DNA of 64,000 bases, from assembly GCA_945946655.1 (NCBI GenBank), contig CAMEWM010000001.1, positions 180,651 to 244,650 on the forward strand, in the 5' to 3' direction. Origin of the DNA: an uncultured Clostridium sp. (GTDB taxonomy: Bacteria; Bacillota; Clostridia; TANB77; CAG-508). Made by a program: the position numbers and the translations under genes. This document shows, piece after piece, positions 51,544 through 62,675 of the stretch. A model generated the notes under the pieces. It saw nothing but the letters and a program-made list of their open reading frames with translations. It searched no databases and had not been told where the DNA came from. Every line of letters begins with the position of its first letter. Within the stretch, counting starts at the first letter, position 1.

Positions 51544-54500
51544 CTATTTCAAAACTTTCTTTTTTATCATATATAATCCTACTCCAACAATGGCTATTAC
51601 TGTCAAAGTTAAAGTAGTATAAACAATTATTCCACCTGTCTTTATTGATGTTAACACGTTTGCTGTAGAATAATCATCTTCACTTGTTGACTTATTTCCT
51701 GGAGTTGAATCTACATCCAAAGCTCCATAGTCATTTGATGTTTCATATATTTCTGCAGAGTTATTAATTAGTCCAAAATCTTCACTATTCATATTTTTAG
51801 TTAATATTAATGTTACTTCCTTACTTTCTCCTGGATTAATAACCGTATTTGCTAATGAATTATTATATATTACTCCATCTTTTCCTTCATACCAGTCATT
51901 ATTTAATTCAGAATTAAACTTCAATTCTGCTGGTAGATAATCAGCTAATTTCTTTACATATCCTGGTATTCCACCTTCATTTGTGATTGTAAATTTGTAT
52001 TCTACAACCATTGAAGAAGATGCTGCATATTTTGATTCAAAATCAATCTTTGCAAGTTTACTATTATACTCATGTTCTGTTGTTGTCTTTGTATTGTTAA
52101 CTGTTATAGATTTAACTACTTTATCAAGTTTCAAATCAAATTTAGGATCTTCTACTATACCTAAATCAATGTTGTATCTATTTGAATCTGATACAACTAT
52201 TTCTTCTGTAACAGCTGCTATTTGTGTCTTTCCTTCATATATTACAGTTTTATCAATTGCATCTGAGTTCTGACTATCATCAACACCATCTTTCTTGTAC
52301 TCTGTAGGACTATAGTTTGAAGAATCATATAAGAATATTACACTATATTTGCCTGGCATTATATTATTAAACATATAAGCTCCATCTTTACTTGTTTTGG
52401 TAATACATTCATTGTTATTTGCATCAAGGGCTATATTGCCTGTTGAGTTGTCCAATAATAGTACTTTAACGTCTGCAACTTTTTGCTCGCTTGCATCTTT
52501 AATTCCATCTTTATTTTCATCAATCCATATAGTACCTATAATCTTTTTAGTTTGTTTATTGTTATTGTTTCCTGATTCAGATCCAGAGCCTATGTTCATG
52601 TCATCTTTATTGAACATTTTTATGACATGTGATATTGAATTTGTTTCAAACTCAGAAACTAATTCATGGCTAATTTTTGCTTTATTAGATATTTCTGTAT
52701 CTTTATCTAATGATTTAGCTAAGACATTTATATTGATAATTACCTTATCTTTACTATTTATATGTAGAGTTGTCTCTACACTCTTATCATCATTTGTTTT
52801 TACTGAGGTGTTCGTTGTACCATCTGAGTATACTACTTCTAATGATTTGAATTGAACTTCTTCTGGTAAGTAATCTACAAATTTTACATCTTCTAGTCTT
52901 ATTGCTGAAAGATTCTCTAACGTAAATGAATATGCAAAATCTTCTGCTGAAGAAATTGTTGTACCTTCTGGAATATTACATGTTTGCGTTGCTTTGATTC
53001 CAGCTTTATTTATTGTCTCTATAGCATCTTCTATATTCTCTACTGCAGTATTATCTGCTTGTATTGTAGCTTTTGTTACTATATCTTTTGTATATACTCC
53101 ATCTGCTAATGTTTTTACTTTTAAATTTAATGTTAAAGTTTTTCCTCTTCCACTATCAAGATCTCCAATATTAATAGTAACAACATTTTCTTTTGCGGTA
53201 ACACTTGCAGAAGAAGAAATATCTTCGTTACCTACTAAATCAGCGTTATACTTCTCTAATACAATAGAATCATACTCTAACTCTTCTGGTAACGTAACTG
53301 TTACAATAGTGTTTTGTACACTTATATTTTCATATCCTGCTTTTGTAGCCTTTAATGATAATTTATATGTATACATATCCCCTTCTTTTATATATGTATA
53401 TTCATTAGTAGTCTTAATTACTTTTGCATTAAAATATACTTTTGTTAATATGTTACTTACAGTATTGGTTTCTATAGCACCATCATTTCCATAATTTACT
53501 GTAGCTTTCATCTGTACAGTTATTTCTTCTTGTGCTGTTGATATCGTTTTAAATACTAAATTTTTAGTAACAGAAGAATGCGGATCTATATCTTTTAATT
53601 TTATTATCAATAATGTTTTACCTTCGATGACTGTAGTATCATATTCAGGAACCTCTTGTGTACTATCCTCGTCATGTTCTGTTTCATCTTCGTCTATTCC
53701 ATCTGGCTTTATTGGTATTTCTGGAAATACTGGTTCAATATACTTTATCTCATAATCTTCGCCATCTTCCGGAGAATATGTTAATCCATCTGGCATTTCA
53801 ATTGTTATAGTAACATTATCTGCTTTTAATGAGCCCGTATTATTTATTGTTAATTCATACTCTAAATTATCACCACTTTTTACTCTAGCTCCATCCCCAG
53901 CTTTTGAAGTTAATTTAGCATCTAGTTTTGCTATACTGCCTGTAGTCACACCTATTTTCGTAGCTGACACTTTATCGCTAATTGTTCCTGAAGATTGATT
54001 ATTATTAAAGTATATTGCATAATTTTCATATGCTGCTTTGTCATAGTCTAAATTTGCTTGTATCATTGCTTTATATGAAAATGTAAATGATGCTCCTGTA
54101 TTCATTGTATAATTATTCAATGTTATCATGTATGATTTCACTTTTGAATAATCAGATACATCTGTTTTCCATTCATTTGAAGCATTTGTTACATCTGATG
54201 TAGCTTCTCCATTTTCTGAATAATATATTGTAATATTTGATGAGTCTATTCCACTAACCGTTATTCCAGTTGTTAAAGGCATATCCATAGTTGAGCCTAA
54301 ATTTTGAGATGTTATTACATCCTTATTTCCTGCAAAAGGTGTTCTTCCTAAAATAACTACATTATCTAACGTATTTTCATAATTATTTATTACGTTCATA
54401 GTAAATGTAACTTCTTTTTGATCTGCTTTTGTAGCAATAAGAGCTTCTTTTGCTTCTCCATTTATAGCCTCTAATGTTTCTTCTCCATTATATCCAGTCA

Positions 54501-56649
54501 TTGTATTAGTTGCTACAACTCCCGTTGGTGCTACATATTTTACATCTGTTTGATTTGTTGCAACGGTATTATCAGTATCTCCATTCACTGCTGTAGCCTC
54601 AACAGTAGTATTAGTTGTAGGAGTCAATTTATTTAATGTTATATCAGATGTAAATACTATTGTAGCTCCTTGTACTGCTGGATTGTTATATTTTGTTTGA
54701 GTTCCTTCTAAGCTTGCTATTATACTTTTTGTGCCATTATCATTATCAACTACATTTACATTTTTTATTGTCAATTCATCATCAAAGAATAATTGTGCTG
54801 TTTTTACATCCAAAGTTTCTATATTAGATGGTAAATCCACTTTAACAGTTGGATTTGTGTACATCATGTCATCAGCACTATCATTTTCTAGTGTTACTTT
54901 TAATTCTACATTTTCATTCTTTACTATTGTTGATAATCTGTTATTACTTGTTGTAACTCCAACTTTTTGACTTGGTTCTTCTAATGATATGTTATTTTCC
55001 TTTAAAACTTCCACAATATTTGTATCAGCATTTTTTACATTTCCTATCATCGATGTTTTTAGGGCTACAAATCCTTTTATTTGATTTGTACTGTAATCTA
55101 TATTTTTAGCTAATGCTTTTATTATTTCAAATGTAATGTTTCCTTCTTTTTGTGGTTTTGATGTCTGTATTGTTATATTGTTGATATTAAATTTTGATAA
55201 ATCTATAACAATCGAACCGTTATCGACATAGGTATCTTTATTTATAGTCTCTAATATTTCACCTGCATTATTTAATATATTTATTTGTCCTTCTTCTCCA
55301 AACACCTTATCAAATTCTTGTTTTGATATCTTTAATATTTTGTTATATGCATAATTAGTATCTGCTATCGTAGTTGCTTGCTCTTGTCCTTGATCTGTAA
55401 CAAACTGATCAATTTCTTGTCTCAATATTAGAGAATCAATTATATCAGCATATGAAATATTAGCAGTATATTTAGTGGTGTATTCTGTTTCTTTTTTGTT
55501 CTCATCTGTTGCATTTTTGTTATTGTATAAAAACCCTTTATTTAACGATGCTATTGCTTCTGTTGTAAATTCAACTATCTCTCCTAGCTTATCCGTTTGA
55601 TCTTGATACCCATCAACTGCGGCACTTATTTCTGTTACTCCATTACCATATAAATTCAATCTTGAACTTACATTATATGTAAGTCTTACAGAAGAGTCTT
55701 TAACAGCATCATATACATCTGATGAATATATATATGTAACAATATATTGATCAGCTGTATCTTTTACCCATTTTATTTTTCCATCTATAGCGTCATTTTT
55801 TACGTTGATTATTATTTTACCTGTCGCATTATCATATGTCCAATTATCTGTTGTAAATTTTTCTCCATTTAAATCTCCATTAGTAGCATTTGTTGTACTA
55901 GGAACAACAGTAACTTCTTCTGGATATTGATTATTTATCATTGGAGCAATAATTTCTATATTTGTTTCTTTTATTGGTAATACACTATTTTCAACATATG
56001 ATGTAACTTTTCCCTGTGTAATTAATTTGCTTACACCATTTGTTGCATAAGGAATATATTTAGTTATTTCATATTGTAAATTTGCTTTGGCCTCTTGAGC
56101 ATTCCAATCTGTATGTATTACTATTCCTTTTTCTATAGCAATTTCCTCAGCCTTTGCGTTTACATATGTTGCAGTTAATTTTATAACATTATCTTTGCTA
56201 AACATATCTTGATTTATCTCATCTTTTTTATCTGCGGCTATATTTATGGTCTCTAAAGCATTTACTCCATTATTAATTTGATTAAATACTACTTTTTTAC
56301 TAGCTGCATCAAAAGATTGTATGTATTCAGATTCTTCTGTTTGAGCTATTGTAAAGTTTGTATCAGAAAAATCAACAACTGCATCTTTTAAATATCCAGC
56401 TTTCTTTACATTAATTGCAATATTTAATTTCGTATCTGTTGCATTAATATCTGCTGTTGCAGAATGTTTTCCTCCATCATAATAAACATCAAACTCTACA
56501 TTCTCACTCTTAGTTGATGTTCCCTGGTTTTCGATTTCTTTTTCACTTAAAAAATTGTCTGCCGCATAGCTTATTACAGCTGATGAATTGGCATACAATA
56601 TCGCTGTTACTAGTATCACCGATATTACCTTAATTAATTTTTGTTGCAT
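51544..56649 (-). CDS. Large surface protein with DUF11-like and SdrD-B-like domains
   Basis: Signal peptide; GDNLEYELTINNTG, GTIWIDENKDG, TSKDGAYMF, DVDSTPGN; C-terminal IKTG plus TM and KKK; 1701 aa. Confidence 0.75.
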   Translation of the reverse strand: MQQKLIKVISVILVTAILYANSSAVISYAADNFLSEKEIENQGTSTKSENVEFDVYYDGGKHSATADINATDTKLNIAINVKKAGYLKDAVVDFSDTNFTIAQTEESEYIQSFDAASKKVVFNQINNGVNALETINIAADKKDEINQDMFSKDNVIKLTATYVNAKAEEIAIEKGIVIHTDWNAQEAKANLQYEITKYIPYATNGVSKLITQGKVTSYVENSVLPIKETNIEIIAPMINNQYPEEVTVVPSTTNATNGDLNGEKFTTDNWTYDNATGKIIINVKNDAIDGKIKWVKDTADQYIVTYIYSSDVYDAVKDSSVRLTYNVSSRLNLYGNGVTEISAAVDGYQDQTDKLGEIVEFTTEAIASLNKGFLYNNKNATDENKKETEYTTKYTANISYADIIDSLILRQEIDQFVTDQGQEQATTIADTNYAYNKILKISKQEFDKVFGEEGQINILNNAGEILETINKDTYVDNGSIVIDLSKFNINNITIQTSKPQKEGNITFEIIKALAKNIDYSTNQIKGFVALKTSMIGNVKNADTNIVEVLKENNISLEEPSQKVGVTTSNNRLSTIVKNENVELKVTLENDSADDMMYTNPTVKVDLPSNIETLDVKTAQLFFDDELTIKNVNVVDNDNGTKSIIASLEGTQTKYNNPAVQGATIVFTSDITLNKLTPTTNTTVEATAVNGDTDNTVATNQTDVKYVAPTGVVATNTMTGYNGEETLEAINGEAKEALIATKADQKEVTFTMNVINNYENTLDNVVILGRTPFAGNKDVITSQNLGSTMDMPLTTGITVSGIDSSNITIYYSENGEATSDVTNASNEWKTDVSDYSKVKSYMITLNNYTMNTGASFTFSYKAMIQANLDYDKAAYENYAIYFNNNQSSGTISDKVSATKIGVTTGSIAKLDAKLTSKAGDGARVKSGDNLEYELTINNTGSLKADNVTITIEMPDGLTYSPEDGEDYEIKYIEPVFPEIPIKPDGIDEDETEHDEDSTQEVPEYDTTVIEGKTLLIIKLKDIDPHSSVTKNLVFKTISTAQEEITVQMKATVNYGNDGAIETNTVSNILTKVYFNAKVIKTTNEYTYIKEGDMYTYKLSLKATKAGYENISVQNTIVTVTLPEELEYDSIVLEKYNADLVGNEDISSSASVTAKENVVTINIGDLDSGRGKTLTLNLKVKTLADGVYTKDIVTKATIQADNTAVENIEDAIETINKAGIKATQTCNIPEGTTISSAEDFAYSFTLENLSAIRLEDVKFVDYLPEEVQFKSLEVVYSDGTTNTSVKTNDDKSVETTLHINSKDKVIININVLAKSLDKDTEISNKAKISHELVSEFETNSISHVIKMFNKDDMNIGSGSESGNNNNKQTKKIIGTIWIDENKDGIKDASEQKVADVKVLLLDNSTGNIALDANNNECITKTSKDGAYMFNNIMPGKYSVIFLYDSSNYSPTEYKKDGVDDSQNSDAIDKTVIYEGKTQIAAVTEEIVVSDSNRYNIDLGIVEDPKFDLKLDKVVKSITVNNTKTTTEHEYNSKLAKIDFESKYAASSSMVVEYKFTITNEGGIPGYVKKLADYLPAELKFNSELNNDWYEGKDGVIYNNSLANTVINPGESKEVTLILTKNMNSEDFGLINNSAEIYETSNDYGALDVDSTPGNKSTSEDDYSTANVLTSIKTGGIIVYTTLTLTVIAIVGVGLYMIKKKVLK

Positions 56650-57085
56650 TTTTGCTCCTCCTTAAAATTTCGCTATAATTAATTATACGCTATTTTCAAG
56701 CATTTTTCAATGTTTTTTTAAAATTATGTAACTCTTTTTTTCTATATTGTATTATTACATTCTTTAATTTATTTTTCAATGTATATTTTTCTTTCACAAA
56801 ATTAACTTCTCAAATTGGCTTGCGGAAGGCGTTAGTATACATTTTATTAAATTTTTATTACATTTTTTGCTGAGGCTATTATTTTTTTATTTATTTTTCT
56901 TGCTTTGCACCATCTTTTTTGTCGATTTTTGGGCGTTTTTCTCACTTTGTCATAATTATGTAAATTTATATGTATTCTATTAATTGCTTTGTTCCCTAGT
57001 ACTTTTCGTACAAAGGTAATATTTTAACTATCATAATAATCCCTAAACTTGCATATTATAAAATATATAAAATTCATAAAATGTA

Positions 57086-57114
57086 TTGACAACCTATATG
57101 ATAGGATGTATAAT
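57086..57114 (+). promoter_or_regulatory. Consensus sigmaA promoter of the tRNA gene
   Basis: TTGACA-N17-TATAAT. Confidence 0.85.
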
Positions 57115-57129
57115 AATAATGTTACATAT

Positions 57130-57205
57130 CGCGGGGTGGAGCAGTTGGCAGCTCGTTGGGCTCATAACCCAAAGGTCGGTAGTTCGAGTCTATCCCCCGC
57201 AACCA
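57130..57205 (+). tRNA. tRNA-fMet (initiator, anticodon CAT)
   Basis: CGCGGGG...CCCCGCAACCA; C1:A72 mismatch, GGG/CCC anticodon stem, CTCATAA loop, TTCGA T-loop, encoded CCA. Confidence 0.97.
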
Positions 57206-57210
57206 AATTT

Positions 57211-57246
57211 AATTACTTAATCTTTACAGATTAAGTAATTTTTTTA
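57211..57246 (+). terminator. tRNA terminator
   Basis: AATTACTTAATCT...AGATTAAGTAATT followed by a T run. Confidence 0.75.
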
Positions 57247-57259
57247 AAACCCCAAAAAA

Positions 57260-57289
57260 CTGAGACCTCTTTATCATATGAGGTCTCAG
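57260..57289 (-). terminator. comEA terminator
   Basis: CTGAGACCTC...GAGGTCTCAG followed by a T run on the minus strand. Confidence 0.7.
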
Positions 57290-57345
57290 AAACGTTGTAA
57301 TGCAAATTAATTCTTATTTATAGTTACAAAAGATTAGGAAGTTTA

Positions 57346-57957
57346 CTATTTTACTCTTATTTTATCTTTTATGGTTTCAAATTTGTTGTTGCCGATACCA
57401 GCAACATTCTTTAATTCTTCTATAGTTTTAAATTTTCCATTCTGTTTACGATATTCAACTATCTTAGTAGCTGTTGCCTCACCTATCCCAGGTAATTTTA
57501 TCAATTCCTCTATCGATGCAGTATTAATATTAATGGTAGCTTGTTTATTATTTTCCGATTCGTCCTCCAATATCATTTCCTCAGTATTTATATCATTTTT
57601 ATTAGGGACATATACTTTATCCCCATCATTTAATATACGAGCTAAATTTAGCTTATCAAGATCAGCTTCTTCCGTTTCTCCTCCTGCAGCCTCTATTGCA
57701 TCTACTATTCTTGCTCCATTTTCCAATACTACTACCCCTGGATAGTTTACATCTCCTGTTATATGTATTGTTATTCTATCATCTTTTCTCTCAACATTCT
57801 CATAGACATTTACTTCATCTTCAAAATCGATATTCTCGTAATACAAAAAAGAATTTTCTTCTTTTGATTGTTTATAGATATACATTCCAATAGTTATTAC
57901 AGCTATTATAATCATGGCAATAATAACTATCTTAGTCATTAAATTTGTTCTTGTCAT
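57346..57957 (-). CDS. comEA: Competence DNA receptor ComEA
   Basis: TM, SLBB domain (HITGDVNYPGV...RIVDAIEAAGG...LNLA), HhH (ININTAS...LPGIG). Confidence 0.92.
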   Translation of the reverse strand: MTRTNLMTKIVIIAMIIIAVITIGMYIYKQSKEENSFLYYENIDFEDEVNVYENVERKDDRITIHITGDVNYPGVVVLENGARIVDAIEAAGGETEEADLDKLNLARILNDGDKVYVPNKNDINTEEMILEDESENNKQATININTASIEELIKLPGIGEATATKIVEYRKQNGKFKTIEELKNVAGIGNNKFETIKDKIRVK

Positions 57958-58048
57958 TTTACCTCCATCAATATATTTTTCTTATTCTACATTGAATTTT
58001 TATATATTTTAATATATTATATATATACATTTTATAAAGGAGTTTCCC

Positions 58049-59389
58049 ATGAGAACTTTTATTAAAATAAAAAAATTATTATTATTACTTATAATATTGC
58101 TATTAACATTAAATATTTTTTGTATGAATTCATTTGCAGAAACTTCTCTTCCCAGCGTTTATTCTCCAGCATGCATTTTGATAGACGCTGATTCAGGAAA
58201 GATTTTGTATAGCAAAAATGCTAATACTAAAATGTATCCTGCAAGCACTACTAAGATTATGACTGCAATTCTAACTTTAGAAAATTGTAAACTTGATGAT
58301 GTCGCTATTGCCAGTCATAATGCTGTTTATTCTATCCCTTATGGATATTCAGTAGCAACAATACAAGAAGGTGAAGAATTAACTATAGAGCAATTGTTAA
58401 ATGTTTTATTAATTCCTTCAGCAAACGATGCGGCAGTTGTTTTAGCAGAACATATAGCAGGTTCTGTAGAAGCTTTTTCTGATATGATGAATTCTAAAGC
58501 AGTTGAACTTGGTTGCAAAAACACCCATTTTGTCAATCCAAATGGCATACATGATGAAGAACATTATTCTACAGCTTACGATCTGGCCTTGATAGGTAAA
58601 TATGCAATGCAATTTGATACTTTTAGGACTATTGTTCAAAAAACTTCATATTCTCTTCCTAAAACTAATAAATATGACAAGGAAGATCGTTTATTTAATA
58701 CTACAAATGATTTAATAAAAAAGAATTATAGTTCATCTCCAACAAATTATTATTACCAATATGCAACTGGAGCCAAAACGGGCTATACAGATGCAGCCAA
58801 AAGTTGTATTGTAGCAACTGCAACTAAAGATGATATATCTCTTATTGCAGTAGTTCTACACAGCGGAACAACAGCTGAAGGATTAAGTCAAAGAGCCCTT
58901 GATTGTAAAACATTATTTGAATATGGTTTTAATAATTATTCAATAAAGTCTATAGCCGAAAAAGACTCTGTTGCAGAACAAATATCCGTAAAAAATTCAA
59001 CTAAAGAAACAGAATCTCTTGATCTATTATATTCTGATGATTTATCTGGATTAGTACCTGATGATGTTGATATTTCAACTATAGCTCCTAATATCAAACT
59101 TACAGAAAATCTATCAGCTCCAATACTGGAAGGAACAAATCTTGGGACTATCACTTATACTATTGATGGTTTCGATTATTCTTGTAATCTAATTGCATCT
59201 CATACTGTATATAAGTCTAATTTTACAAAAACATTATTAGAACTTATATTATTAATATTTTTCTTATTTTTATTTGCAAAATTTTTACACTTTAAAAATA
59301 AGAAAAATTCTAAAAATAGAAAGTCATCTAATAGAAAAAAAAATAATCGCAATTATGTTAATAATTTTTACCCAACATATAAATATTAA
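58049..59389 (+). CDS. dacA: D-alanyl-D-alanine carboxypeptidase (peptidase S11)
   Basis: PASTTK (SxxK), SAN (SxN), KTG, C-terminal TM. Confidence 0.88.
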   Translation: MRTFIKIKKLLLLLIILLLTLNIFCMNSFAETSLPSVYSPACILIDADSGKILYSKNANTKMYPASTTKIMTAILTLENCKLDDVAIASHNAVYSIPYGYSVATIQEGEELTIEQLLNVLLIPSANDAAVVLAEHIAGSVEAFSDMMNSKAVELGCKNTHFVNPNGIHDEEHYSTAYDLALIGKYAMQFDTFRTIVQKTSYSLPKTNKYDKEDRLFNTTNDLIKKNYSSSPTNYYYQYATGAKTGYTDAAKSCIVATATKDDISLIAVVLHSGTTAEGLSQRALDCKTLFEYGFNNYSIKSIAEKDSVAEQISVKNSTKETESLDLLYSDDLSGLVPDDVDISTIAPNIKLTENLSAPILEGTNLGTITYTIDGFDYSCNLIASHTVYKSNFTKTLLELILLIFFLFLFAKFLHFKNKKNSKNRKSSNRKKNNRNYVNNFYPTYKY

Positions 59390-59396
59390 GATATAC

Positions 59397-59434
59397 AAAA
59401 ATAGGGATTAATTCCATAAATTAATCCCTATTTT
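59397..59434. terminator. Bidirectional intrinsic terminator
   Basis: AAAATAGGGATTAATT...AATTAATCCCTATTTT between convergent genes. Confidence 0.8.
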
Positions 59435-59445
59435 ATCGTTTTTTA

Positions 59446-60600
59446 TCATCTTTTTGATGTATTAGTATATTCTACATTACTTTCAGTATTATTCTCCTCA
59501 TCATTTGTTAGAAATAATTCAGAAACAAGTTCTTCTGTTTTTTTACTATTAGCAATATATAAAGATACTCCATTACACATTTCTACATCACCAGGAACAA
59601 CTCCTGTTTTTATGTTTTCTGTATTAAAGTTTACAGCATATGGTACATATGCTTTTATATTTGATATATCCATATTTGTAGTCACATCTTCAGACATTAT
59701 ATCTATTATTTGCTTTATTTTGAATATGTTTTGTGGCTTTAAGGTTTGTTTTAAGGTTGCAATTATAAATTCTCTCTGAGTTCTCATTCTTCCTAAATCT
59801 TGTTGACCATATGAACTTGGATATGTAGTTCCATCATCATTATGTCTAAAACGCAATAATTGTTCGGCTTTAGGACCATCAATTAATTGTTCTCCTGCTT
59901 TTAAATGTATATACAAATCCTGAGAAGAATCTTCATAATCCATATCTATTGGTACATTAAACGTAACTCCTCCTATAGCATCTACCAATTTAATTAGTGC
60001 ATCTGTATCTATTATTACATAGTTTTCCAAGCTTAAACCTGTTAAATCATTTATTCTCTCTATAGCTTCAGGTATATTAGTACCGCTTCTGAAAACCGTG
60101 TTTATTTTATAACTTGCCAAATAGTTCTGCGATGCTGTTTTTCTATTTTTCTTTCCTACATATGTGTCTCTTGGTATAGACATAATAGAAGCTTCTTGAG
60201 TTTTTGGATTATATGATGCAATCATTATTGAATCCGCTAATTTATATTCATCAACTCCACTTTCTCCCATTATTAATACTTGTATTGGTTCTAAGTTCTC
60301 TAAATTTTCTGTATTCTCTCCAAGTAGTGCTGCAAGAGTTCCTGTTAATCCTCCACCATTTTTGTATATTTTATATCCAAATAAACTTCCCGCACCAATC
60401 ATTGATAATAGCAATAGTGTAACTACTATTCTTTTAACTTTTCTAACTGTTTTTATTTTTTTCTTATTTTTATCTACTTTATTATTTTTTTTATCTGTTT
60501 TATTTTCTATATTCTTTTTATTAGATATTTTTTTAGTTTTTTCTTCTTCTTTTGCATGTCTACCACGAGGCTTATCATCTGTTCTTTGATTTCTACTCAA
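59446..60600 (-). CDS. LytR-CpsA-Psr (LCP) family cell-wall glycopolymer ligase
   Basis: ADSIMIAS, SIPRDT, LVDAIGGV, LRFRH, DLGRMRTQ. Confidence 0.9.
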   Translation of the reverse strand: MSRNQRTDDKPRGRHAKEEEKTKKISNKKNIENKTDKKNNKVDKNKKKIKTVRKVKRIVVTLLLLSMIGAGSLFGYKIYKNGGGLTGTLAALLGENTENLENLEPIQVLIMGESGVDEYKLADSIMIASYNPKTQEASIMSIPRDTYVGKKNRKTASQNYLASYKINTVFRSGTNIPEAIERINDLTGLSLENYVIIDTDALIKLVDAIGGVTFNVPIDMDYEDSSQDLYIHLKAGEQLIDGPKAEQLLRFRHNDDGTTYPSSYGQQDLGRMRTQREFIIATLKQTLKPQNIFKIKQIIDIMSEDVTTNMDISNIKAYVPYAVNFNTENIKTGVVPGDVEMCNGVSLYIANSKKTEELVSELFLTNDEENNTESNVEYTNTSKR

Positions 60601-60692
60601 TTATTATCACTCCCATATAACTTTATGATTTACAGTATAGCAAACATCGCTTAAAATATCAATAGAATTTAGATATTTCATATTTTTTACGA

Positions 60693-60726
60693 AAAACACT
60701 ATTGAATTAAATCCAATAGTGTTTTT
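60693..60726 (-). terminator. Intrinsic terminator
   Basis: AAAACACTATTG...CAATAGTGTTTT. Confidence 0.7.
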
Positions 60727-60729
60727 ATA

Positions 60730-61371
60730 TTATTTAAATAATATTTTCAATATTATATTGTTATTATAAAGCATTCCTCCTAATGCAGATTTATTAACAG
60801 CAGTTACCACTATATTATTATTCCAAATAACACTTGTTAGGGAAATTATACTTAATATTATGTAGATAATAACGATTCCCTCTATCAATCCATATACAAT
60901 TCCGCCAATTTCATCTGCTTGTTTTATTATTGGCAATTTTGTAATTTGATCCACAAATAAACTAACAATAATTAGCAGTATTCTTACTATTAAAAATATT
61001 ACTATAGCTGATGCGACTCTTATTATCGTAATAGTAGTCCCCTCTATTACTTCTGTTTTTGCCTCTTCAGTAGCATTTTTTATACCTTTATTAATGCTTT
61101 CTACCATTGTCGAAGGCATATTCTTATCTTCATTATCTTCAGAATCTTTTTCTTGCTTAAATGTTTCTGTCATCGTTGCTTTTATATTATCATCTATTTG
61201 TGTATTTTCTATTACTATATTAGCTAAAGGCTTGTAAAAAACAAATGCTAAGACTATGGCTATAATAAAAGATAGTAATTTTATTAAACTACCTGTTAAG
61301 CCTTTTTTGTATCCCAAGAATACAAATAACAATACTATCGCTATTATTATTAAATCTACAATAATTCCCAT
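60730..61371 (-). CDS. CvpA (colicin V production) family membrane protein
   Basis: DLIII...GYKKG, KLPIIKQADEIGGIVYGLIEG. Confidence 0.75.
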   Translation of the reverse strand: MGIIVDLIIIAIVLLFVFLGYKKGLTGSLIKLLSFIIAIVLAFVFYKPLANIVIENTQIDDNIKATMTETFKQEKDSEDNEDKNMPSTMVESINKGIKNATEEAKTEVIEGTTITIIRVASAIVIFLIVRILLIIVSLFVDQITKLPIIKQADEIGGIVYGLIEGIVIIYIILSIISLTSVIWNNNIVVTAVNKSALGGMLYNNNIILKILFK

Positions 61372-61381
61372 TTTTATCTCC

Positions 61382-62644
61382 TTAAAATTTAACTATTTCA
61401 ATTTTATTCCTATAAACAATTCCCGCAATTTCATCAGTTATAACTATCTTTCTTATTTCTTTGCCTGATGTATATTTTTTTATTAACCAGCCATTTGTAT
61501 CAATAAAGTGAACTTCTGAGCCTAAATTTAATGCAATTTTGTTGTCACTACAGTATAATTCTTTTATTACTCCTTCAAATTTATATTCATTTTCTTTCTG
61601 AGATATAGAATTGATTATTTTTACAATTGTAGTAGTATTAAGTAGCCCAGAATTTTCTTCTATGTTTTTCACTATGTGGTTATTTAATTCTATACTTGAA
61701 AATGTTACCTTTTCCAATTTTGTATCTATATCTGCAATTTTAGTATCTTTATTATCTTTTATCACATGAATTCCATCATCATATTCACATACTAATCTTG
61801 TCTTATTTTGATATTTTATATTTAATATCAAACTATTGGATGGTGCATTATATGTATATACTATAGCCTGAGAAGGTTCTTCTTTAGCTTTTTCTACAGA
61901 TATCACCTTTATGTTAGATTGTATTAATGTACCACTAGTATTTACTTCTGCTATACTTAAATATTTGTTATCTGCTGATATACTTGTGTCTACTGCAATA
62001 GTACTAGACAAATATGTTCTAAATAGCTCATTGCCTGAATCATCAAACAATATTACAACCGACTTGTAAGCTGTTCCAGATAATATTATTGCTGAATATC
62101 CATTTACATTAACAGTTATCCTTGTTATATTTCCTTCTAAGTCATTAGTCCATTTAATAGTGTTATCCGCAATTAAATATACCTTGGATGAATTTTGCTC
62201 TGCAATCATTAGATATTTGCCATTACTATATGTAATTGGATTACTTATTTCTACTTTATTCTCAGATTCTTGCTTACCAGAAGAATTATATGTAACTAAA
62301 CTGTTATCTTTTAATATAGCAATATATTTCGAATATGCAAATATATTTGATTTGTCATAATCTGCTATTTCAATTGATTTTAGATTATTTTCTTCTATAT
62401 CTTTGTTCAGAATGTTTGCATCAAGATATGACCTAAATTTTTCATTAGTAGCATATACTGCATATAAAATCACAATTGTTACAATTAATACTGCGAGAAT
62501 TATCAATCCGATTATCTTTCCTTTATTAATTGTTTTATTTTCATTTTTATCAAAATATAATAAGTTAATATCTTTATCATTTTTCTTTTGCTTTTTTACT
62601 TTAGGCTTCATTTTCTTCTCCCTACCTAATTTAAAATTTGTCAT
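61382..62644 (-). CDS. DUF5711-like membrane-anchored beta-propeller protein
   Basis: Single TM followed by beta-rich repeats; neighbour of the CvpA-family gene. Confidence 0.55.
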   Translation of the reverse strand: MTNFKLGREKKMKPKVKKQKKNDKDINLLYFDKNENKTINKGKIIGLIILAVLIVTIVILYAVYATNEKFRSYLDANILNKDIEENNLKSIEIADYDKSNIFAYSKYIAILKDNSLVTYNSSGKQESENKVEISNPITYSNGKYLMIAEQNSSKVYLIADNTIKWTNDLEGNITRITVNVNGYSAIILSGTAYKSVVILFDDSGNELFRTYLSSTIAVDTSISADNKYLSIAEVNTSGTLIQSNIKVISVEKAKEEPSQAIVYTYNAPSNSLILNIKYQNKTRLVCEYDDGIHVIKDNKDTKIADIDTKLEKVTFSSIELNNHIVKNIEENSGLLNTTTIVKIINSISQKENEYKFEGVIKELYCSDNKIALNLGSEVHFIDTNGWLIKKYTSGKEIRKIVITDEIAGIVYRNKIEIVKF

Positions 62645-62675
62645 GATTTACAAATTTTTTCTTATATAATTTATA

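Noticed and set aside
57049-57234. 61-aa ORF
   Set aside because: Overlaps the tRNA-fMet gene and its promoter; spurious.
57130-57350. tRNA as integration site of an island
   Set aside because: No integrase and no duplicated tRNA 3' end seen in the window.
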